DNA from: a virus
Virus record (IMG/VR): IMGVR_UViG_3300027708_001637
Reading direction: 5' to 3' (one strand)
DNA length: 64,000 nucleotides
Shown here: positions 58,002-64,000 of the stretch, piece by piece
Layout: every line of letters starts with the position of its first letter
Position numbering within the stretch: position 1 is the first letter of the stretch
Notes under the pieces: generated by a model
The model's database searches: none
Told to the model about the DNA's origin: nothing
What the model saw: only the letters and a program-made list of their open reading frames with translations
Position numbers and translations under genes: made by a program

Positions 58002-59099
58002 TTATTTTAAACCCGCCAATTTGCGGATATCTAAAATGTTGTCTACTGAGCCTACCTCGGCTTTATTTGATTCACGATTTCCAGTTACGGCAGCACCTTC
58101 ACTTAGCATAGTCTTTTTAGGGCTAGTTCTATGTGATTGTCCTTCCATCACTGCTGGTAGGTATTTGTCGAAAGATTCATTAAGTTTTTGTGTCTGTACA
58201 GACTCCAAAAGTTCTTTCATAATCTCTCTCTTATCGGCACCTAATGGAGCCAACAACTCGCTCATAACAGCTTTGCGTTCCATCAAATCTTTAGTAACGC
58301 GAAGATCACGTTTTACTGATTCAACAAGGTTTGCTTTTTCTGCTACGACCTGTTTTGCTTCTGCTAATTCTTGTTCCTTACGTTTGATAATCTGTAACAA
58401 TTTACTTGTTTCAGATTTTTCATTTAAGTAAGAACCAGCAAATTCTTGTGCAAATGCTTCATAAATCTTACGACCAAAGTCATTATTACGTGCGCCGTCG
58501 ATGTCTTCTTTCAATTGCTTGATTTCAGTTGTCAACTTCTTAGTAACCGTGCTTTCAACAACCTTAGCGGCACGTTGAATGAAACTCTGCTTAATTTCAC
58601 CAAACTTGCTTTTAGCTTCGCGGACTAACTTAACTTTCGTTTCAGCTAGATCACGTTTGTCTGTGGCAAATTCACTGATCTCTTTAGCTAGAGCGTGAAC
58701 TACGAATTGCTCTAACTTGCCAAAATTCTCGCTGACTTTTTGACGGTCACTTTGAAATTCAACTAATTCTTTTCCTAACTGCTTGATAACAAAACCTTCT
58801 AACTTTTTAGCATCTTCAGCAATACGTTGTTTGTATGCTTGCTTTGCTTCAGCTAGTGCTTTTTTGTCTTCATGCAATTCTCCCATCTCAGCGGTCAAGC
58901 GGTCACTTAACATCTTGTCGATTGCTTCTACCATCATGGTTTTATCATGATTGTATTTTTGTGCAAACTCTTCACGAAGTTCAGCTGTTACTTGGTCGCG
59001 TGTTTCTTGAATTTTAGTCGCAAATGCAGCTTCAACAACTTGAGTTGTCTCTTCTGTCATTACGCCTGACTCAACTAATTGTTTGAATGCGTCCAACAT
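58002..59099 (-). CDS. gp22: Prohead core/scaffold protein (T4 gp22-like)
   Basis: Coiled-coil, Glu/Lys-rich, located between the protease and MCP genes. Confidence 0.85.
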   Translation of the reverse strand: MLDAFKQLVESGVMTEETTQVVEAAFATKIQETRDQVTAELREEFAQKYNHDKTMMVEAIDKMLSDRLTAEMGELHEDKKALAEAKQAYKQRIAEDAKKLEGFVIKQLGKELVEFQSDRQKVSENFGKLEQFVVHALAKEISEFATDKRDLAETKVKLVREAKSKFGEIKQSFIQRAAKVVESTVTKKLTTEIKQLKEDIDGARNNDFGRKIYEAFAQEFAGSYLNEKSETSKLLQIIKRKEQELAEAKQVVAEKANLVESVKRDLRVTKDLMERKAVMSELLAPLGADKREIMKELLESVQTQKLNESFDKYLPAVMEGQSHRTSPKKTMLSEGAAVTGNRESNKAEVGSVDNILDIRKLAGLK

Positions 59100-59115
59100 T
59101 GTTTTCTCCTCGGGC

Positions 59116-59745
59116 TTAATTTAGACCTTTAATAATATTCAAGAGACTCTCTTGAAGATATTTCTGGGCCTTTGGATCTTCTTTTACTTCTTGTGCTACA
59201 CGGAAAGCCCTAGCACCGCCACGAGCATTCATTAAATGTTCGTAAACTGGTGTAGGGTATGCTCCGGGTGCGCTTGGTTGAGCAACTACGTCTACTGTGA
59301 TAATCTCGAAATCGGATACATGGCCGTTCATGTCGTTAACATTGCCACTACCACGAGAACTTACGCCAAGTTTTACACCTGCTTCGAGCATAGTACGTAC
59401 TAAGTTACCCATTGGAGTAGGAAGGATTTTCATCTTTCCATATCCATTAGGACCTTCCATCCACATTTGAGTAATCATATGGGATACGCGGTCCAAATTC
59501 ACCTTTAAATCATCAGGATGATCCACTTCACCTAATACACTATAACCATTTTTAATTTGGTCCATTAGTGTACTAACTGCACGATCAATTTCATCTACTG
59601 GGTAGATTCTTTGATTTGCATTACGTATGCCACCTTGAATGGCAATACCTTTTAGATAAAGATTTTTGCCATCTTTGTCATCCGACTCCATAACGATGCC
59701 AGATTGATCAAAGCTAAGATGTTCACGTAAGTAAGAATATTTCAT
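59116..59745 (-). CDS. gp21: Prohead protease (T4 gp21-like)
   Basis: Motifs NANQRIYP, LGEVDHP and KLGVSSRGSG. Confidence 0.95.
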   Translation of the reverse strand: MKYSYLREHLSFDQSGIVMESDDKDGKNLYLKGIAIQGGIRNANQRIYPVDEIDRAVSTLMDQIKNGYSVLGEVDHPDDLKVNLDRVSHMITQMWMEGPNGYGKMKILPTPMGNLVRTMLEAGVKLGVSSRGSGNVNDMNGHVSDFEIITVDVVAQPSAPGAYPTPVYEHLMNARGGARAFRVAQEVKEDPKAQKYLQESLLNIIKGLN

Positions 59746-59758
59746 CCTGTTTCTCTAA

Positions 59759-60772
59759 TTATTTTGTGTGCTGTGGTAAAAACTGACGCTTGGTAGCTGG
59801 ATCAATACTTGTCTGTCCAGCTTTGTCACCTGTACCAGAACCTACTGGGCCGGCAGTCTTTCCACCTTGTGGCCAGCCTGTTTCTTTCTTAGCATAACCT
59901 TTAGTATGAGCACCTGGCTTGCTGTTAGCTTCCCACTCTTTACCAGTAAACTGCTCACCCTTTTCTGGGTTAATGCCTTTGCTTACTTTTGGAGGAGTTG
60001 TTCCAGTGTTAGTACCTTCAGCAGTACCTTTTCCACCTAGGATGTTACCAGCATTGGCGCCTGTTGTAGGCTTGCCTTTACCAGAACTAACTGGGCTCTT
60101 ACCTGCGGATGGCTTGCTTTGGCGTTCGCCAGTTCCGGCACCTGCGTCATCACCGTCAGTCTTTTGAGCAGTACCATAGTTATGGCCAACTTTCTCAACG
60201 TACTCACGTGTCATACGACGACCTTCCATGAAGCCCATTCCTTCGTCTTCATCTTCTTCGTCGCCAAATTCTTCTTCGCCGTGTTCTTCACCATCCATAC
60301 CCATTTCAGCTTCTTCGCCGCCTTGAGCACGTTCTAATTCAGCAAACGCAGCTTCTAGTTCTTCAATAGCATTCTTAATGTCCATGATCGCAGTGTCTTC
60401 TTGACCTTCATGATCGTGTTCATCATCCATACCATCGTGTTCTGGAGCATCAAAGTTGTCGCCGTCGGCGGAAATTTCTCCACCAAAGTCATCTGTGGCA
60501 TCACCTGTTTCATCAGCATCCATCATATATGAATCTTCTAGATCCATACTTTCGTCTTGTTGATCTTCGTCGTCTTCTTCTTTAGACTCATCCATTTCTC
60601 TTTCTTCGTCATCCATGGACTCGTCCATGTCCTCATCTGCTTCTTCTTCAGCGATAAGGTTTTCATAAATCTCTCTAGACTTCTCTACAACGATTTCGTG
60701 GAAAAGTTCATTTGCTTTTTCATGATCTTCGTTGACTAGAAAGTCTAACAATTGTTCAAATTTTGTTGACAT
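59759..60772 (-). CDS. Acidic prohead core-like protein (positional analogue of T4 gp67/gp68)
   Basis: Extremely Asp/Glu-rich N-terminal half and Gly/Lys-rich C-terminal half; lies between portal and protease. Confidence 0.55.
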   Translation of the reverse strand: MSTKFEQLLDFLVNEDHEKANELFHEIVVEKSREIYENLIAEEEADEDMDESMDDEEREMDESKEEDDEDQQDESMDLEDSYMMDADETGDATDDFGGEISADGDNFDAPEHDGMDDEHDHEGQEDTAIMDIKNAIEELEAAFAELERAQGGEEAEMGMDGEEHGEEEFGDEEDEDEGMGFMEGRRMTREYVEKVGHNYGTAQKTDGDDAGAGTGERQSKPSAGKSPVSSGKGKPTTGANAGNILGGKGTAEGTNTGTTPPKVSKGINPEKGEQFTGKEWEANSKPGAHTKGYAKKETGWPQGGKTAGPVGSGTGDKAGQTSIDPATKRQFLPQHTK

Positions 60773-60955
60773 AATATTAATTTCTCCTATAAGGGTAGCG
60801 GCAAGGCTGTGTTGTATTTACACGGTAGAAGAATTCCGTGTGCGTAATAGGCTGAAAACCGGGGGTTTTGGCCTTAAAGTGACAGAGTTTAACTCTATAT
60901 TGACTGTTTTTTGTTAAAAATATTTAGTTTTATAAAGTACGAGTAATAGTATACG

Positions 60956-61564
60956 TTATTTACGACAAATGTATTGTCTATCATAATGAAGTTGATCAAC
61001 TAATTGATCGCCATTTAAATAGACCGAATACCCTACTTGAACTATTAATTTATATACTTCTATCAAATCAATTGGATGATGTGTTTCTAAAGATATTAAA
61101 ATATTATTATTTTTTAAAGTTTCTTGAGCACCTTCTAATACATATTGTTCAGCAGTTTCTACATCAATTTTCATTCCAGTAATATTTGTTATATTATGGA
61201 TAGCACAATATTCGTCTATTGTGATTGTATCAACTTCTTCATAATTTTCAGATTCGTGAGTTGTACTTACATTAACAAGACCTAAATTTATAGTAAATCC
61301 TCCCCAATCTGATCCTACTTCATATTTTGGACCGTATAACTTTACTTTACTATTGCTGTTTGATACTGCAATTTTTTCTGTAACAACATTATCTAAACCA
61401 GTTACGGCATTTACTAAAGTTCCGTAAGTCAGCTTGGAAGGTTCAAATGCATAAACTTTTGTAGCTTTTGTTGCCATGCGGGGAGTATAATAACCTACAC
61501 TTGCGCCAATATCAAAAAATACTCCAGGTAGAGCAGTGTCAATCATATATTGATTAGTATCCAT
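60956..61564 (-). CDS. FkbM-family SAM-dependent methyltransferase
   Basis: FFDIGASVGYY, VYAFEP, TITIDEY and MKIDVETAE..VLEGA. Confidence 0.88.
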   Translation of the reverse strand: MDTNQYMIDTALPGVFFDIGASVGYYTPRMATKATKVYAFEPSKLTYGTLVNAVTGLDNVVTEKIAVSNSNSKVKLYGPKYEVGSDWGGFTINLGLVNVSTTHESENYEEVDTITIDEYCAIHNITNITGMKIDVETAEQYVLEGAQETLKNNNILISLETHHPIDLIEVYKLIVQVGYSVYLNGDQLVDQLHYDRQYICRK

Positions 61565-61575
61565 AATTATCCTTA

Positions 61576-61821
61576 TTACATTTGTGCTGCTTCAGGAGGA
61601 GGAGCAGCATACATTTTTCTAACTAAACCAAGTTCTTCCCTATGTTCTTTATCATGAGCCTCACTAGCCTTACGAATATCGTTAATCATTTTTAAAGTCA
61701 AACGAGTCTTTCTTAAATCTTTTTGTTTAAGAATACTGGTATCGTGTTGGCTTTGATAGCGATTATCTTCTTCTGGACCTGCTTGATCTCTGTCAAAATA
61801 AAGGAATTCTCTTAGTATCAT
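61576..61821 (-). CDS. Small hypothetical head-module protein (81 aa)
   Basis: MILREF...RKTRLTL..IN..RK; TAAATA 5 nt upstream. Confidence 0.65.
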   Translation of the reverse strand: MILREFLYFDRDQAGPEEDNRYQSQHDTSILKQKDLRKTRLTLKMINDIRKASEAHDKEHREELGLVRKMYAAPPPEAAQM

Positions 61822-61829
61822 ACGAGTAT

Positions 61830-63587
61830 TTATGCAGGAGCGCCTTCGCCGCCAGGTGCAGCACCTGGGCTTCCGCCAGCAGTTGGCACCGGGCTTGCAC
61901 CTTCATCTCCCTCGTCCCCTGCCATATTTTCTTCTGGAGTGGGTGCACTTAATCCGCCAATATCTCCAGCCATATTGTTGGCAGTGATACCTGCACTACG
62001 AAGTTCACTTGAAGCACTTAGATATTGATCTTCGTCAACATTTTCTTCTTTCCACTGTGTTTCGTTTTGTGCAATTTCTTCTCTTGTTAATCCCAAGAAT
62101 CGTTCCAAAGCAAAACGTTTACTGACGAAAGGTACAGCAACCATAGTGTTAAAAGTATTAACACGAGCGGTATCCATTTCCGCTTGTCTATAGGATGCAA
62201 AGTTTTGCGGAGGATTAAACTTGATATCAAATATGTTGCTGTCAACGTTGATTCCTTTGCTATGAATGTACAATTTGAATTCAGTGTCAAAGGGCTCGTT
62301 AATTAATGATTGTAGTCGCTCGCAATATTTGTTGAAACGTAATTCCTGAATAAAGGCTGTTCCAACTCGTCCGTCATTAAAGTTGCTTCCTCCATCGTCG
62401 CTGCCAGTTGGTAAGTAACTACTAGGGATACGAAGAGCCCTAAATAACTTATTAGTAAAATAACGAAGGTCATCAATTTCTCCTAAGTTTTGTCCACCTT
62501 GTAGCAATGTAACATCACTACCTCGGCCTTCAGCAGTACGTGGGAAGAAATAATCTTCGTTGATACTTAATGGATTATAACTAGCGTCAATTAAACTTTG
62601 ACCGCCGCCGCCCATACTGGGAATACGGCGTTGGTTAATTTCATTTTTTACACGCTCAACAAAGCTCATTGCCAAGTGACTGGGCATATTGCCCACATCA
62701 ATATGGAAAATTCTACGCTCTGGCGCACGTTGTATACGATAGATTAGAATAGCATCTTCTAACAATTCTTTTTGTTTGAATACTTTGAAGATACTTTCCA
62801 TCAAACTATTACCAAATGGATAGTTGTTGTCCAAGCCTTCACTCATAGAGATATGAATAACGTGGCGTGCATCAATAGCATATTGATTTTGATTTTCAGC
62901 AAATCTGCCACCAGCAGCAGTTGTTGGAAATGAACCAGTCATTCCTCTGCCGCCGCCTGCGCCGCCTTGGCCACTGCTATATGCGCCTCCGAACTGACTA
63001 CCGCCACCACTTTGATTACTAGGTTGAATAGCAGTTGTACTCAATGCTTCAAAGTTAGGATTAAAATCACGAATCATATATTGTTCAGGCTTTTTGCCTT
63101 CTGATTCGTTTACAATAATTTTATCTACTTTAGCCGGATCTACATACATCCAAGCCTGTGTTTCTGGGTCACGGACAAAGAAACTATCACCAAACTTAAA
63201 TGCATTTCGTACGATTTTAAACATACGAATAGGGAATTTGTTTAACTTACACCACTGTTGTAGATACTTTTTAATGATCTTAATTTCAGTTGTAGTGGCT
63301 TGTTCTTTAAATTTAATTTGAAATGGAGTTCCGTTTTCTTCATTTAATTGGCAGCAAAACTCTGCTAAAATATCAAATGCAGCATTAACTTCACTGTCGC
63401 TATCCATAGTATCGTACTGACCATAACGTTCTAATCTGTTGGGATGTCCAGCATAAACGTCAGGCAAGTAACTGCTATAATTCGAACGGCTTGGATTATT
63501 GCCACTCATATTCATACTGGCAGAGCCACTGATAGGGCTCATTTTGCCTGCTAAATTAACAGGCGTGAAATATTTTTTCCAACTCAA
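61830..63587 (-). CDS. gp20: Portal vertex protein (T4 gp20 family), TTG start
   Basis: Motifs LLEDAILIYRIQRAPERRIF.IDVGNMP, EDYFFPR, and EIDDLRYF..KL.RALRIP. First codon TTG with GGAG SD. Confidence 0.96.
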   Translation of the reverse strand: MSWKKYFTPVNLAGKMSPISGSASMNMSGNNPSRSNYSSYLPDVYAGHPNRLERYGQYDTMDSDSEVNAAFDILAEFCCQLNEENGTPFQIKFKEQATTTEIKIIKKYLQQWCKLNKFPIRMFKIVRNAFKFGDSFFVRDPETQAWMYVDPAKVDKIIVNESEGKKPEQYMIRDFNPNFEALSTTAIQPSNQSGGGSQFGGAYSSGQGGAGGGRGMTGSFPTTAAGGRFAENQNQYAIDARHVIHISMSEGLDNNYPFGNSLMESIFKVFKQKELLEDAILIYRIQRAPERRIFHIDVGNMPSHLAMSFVERVKNEINQRRIPSMGGGGQSLIDASYNPLSINEDYFFPRTAEGRGSDVTLLQGGQNLGEIDDLRYFTNKLFRALRIPSSYLPTGSDDGGSNFNDGRVGTAFIQELRFNKYCERLQSLINEPFDTEFKLYIHSKGINVDSNIFDIKFNPPQNFASYRQAEMDTARVNTFNTMVAVPFVSKRFALERFLGLTREEIAQNETQWKEENVDEDQYLSASSELRSAGITANNMAGDIGGLSAPTPEENMAGDEGDEGASPVPTAGGSPGAAPGGEGAPA

Positions 63588-63645
63588 AGTAGATTCTCCG
63601 ACTTATACGTTATTTATAGACTTAGTACAGTGGCAGCATATTTCA

Positions 63646-63999
63646 TCAACGGCTACCTAATCCGTTAGGGTAAGCAGATCTGCCAGTCCCTTGAGGAGTG
63701 TTAATTATTACAGGCTGCTGCGGATTATTTTTACTCTCTTCGTAGTGTTCTTGTGCTTGTTTTAATCGACGATCGGCAATTGCATTTGCAATTTGCTGTT
63801 CCGCGTGCAGTTTCTGCAAAAGTTCTGCTTCAGGAGTTAATTCTTTTTTCTTCTTGTTGCTATCACTTTTTAGTGATGCGCCAATTGCATCCCAATTTTG
63901 AAATAATCCTACCCCAGCACCTAATGCGCCGCCCACCGCTGCGCCAACTAGATTTCCAATTACAGGAAAAACAGTTCCCAATTCTGCACCCAACGCTGC
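63646..63999 (-). CDS. C-terminal part of a gene running off the window (Gly-zipper plus coiled coil; possibly tape-measure-like)
   Basis: Frame is open to the window end; GAAVGGALGAGVG. Confidence 0.5.
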   Translation of the reverse strand, partial: AALGAELGTVFPVIGNLVGAAVGGALGAGVGLFQNWDAIGASLKSDSNKKKKELTPEAELLQKLHAEQQIANAIADRRLKQAQEHYEESKNNPQQPVIINTPQGTGRSAYPNGLGSR

Positions 64000-64000
64000 A

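Larger units (their letters stand above)
2341..63616. promoter_or_regulatory. Recurrent TAAATA late-promoter motif (T4 gp55-type -10-only promoter, consensus TATAAATA)
   Basis: Minus strand at 2341, 4191, 8639, 12166, 16038, 22660, 28813, 38506, 41304, 54573, 55131, 55144, 56720, 60815, 60921, 61827 and 63611; plus strand at 2371 and 4222. Nearly all lie at gene junctions, oriented toward the downstream gene. Confidence 0.75.

Noticed and set aside
57748-58431. 227-aa plus-strand ORF over the capsid/scaffold junction
   Set aside because: Antisense shadow of highly biased coding sequence, with no SD, promoter or recognisable motif.
60821-60955. Intergenic stretch with short inverted repeats (CACGG/CCGTG, AAAACC/GGTTTT) as a tRNA or ncRNA
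   Set aside because: No cloverleaf, T-loop or D-loop consensus. The stems are short and lack a U-tract, so it is not called as a tRNA or terminator.
56799-63587. Introns or inteins in the capsid, protease or portal genes
   Set aside because: The ORFs are continuous and of ordinary length, with no splicing or homing-endonuclease motifs seen.

Overview
This window is part of the virion-morphogenesis (late) region of a large T4-like myovirus, probably a jumbo phage. Evidence is the gp18-like sheath, gp13/14/15-like neck and tail-completion genes, and a gp20-gp21-gp22-gp23 head module. Almost all genes are on the minus strand and are preceded by a recurring TAAATA motif resembling the T4 late promoter. 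About 38.5 kb (16027-54555) is a contiguous array of 12 fibre/adhesin-like genes. Two of these are giant Cys-rich 17-residue-repeat fibres with S74 chaperone tails. Directly downstream of the fibres, on the same strand and with its own TAAATA sites, lies a ~9 kb cassette: four glycosyltransferases (one fused to a methyltransferase), two sulfotransferases, a NodU/CmcH-type carbamoyltransferase, an APS kinase fused to an HxGH nucleotidyltransferase, and DUF2061. The main hypothesis (inference) is a self-contained late system that builds sulfated, carbamoylated and methylated glycans on virion fibres. Regulatory oddities include a two-state RNA leader on the largest fibre gene, a three-hairpin leader, apparently leaderless late genes (TAAATA-N5-ATG) and a likely ATC start for gp15. 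No tRNA, rRNA, CRISPR array or integrase was recognised. All family assignments come from motif recognition by eye, not from database searches.
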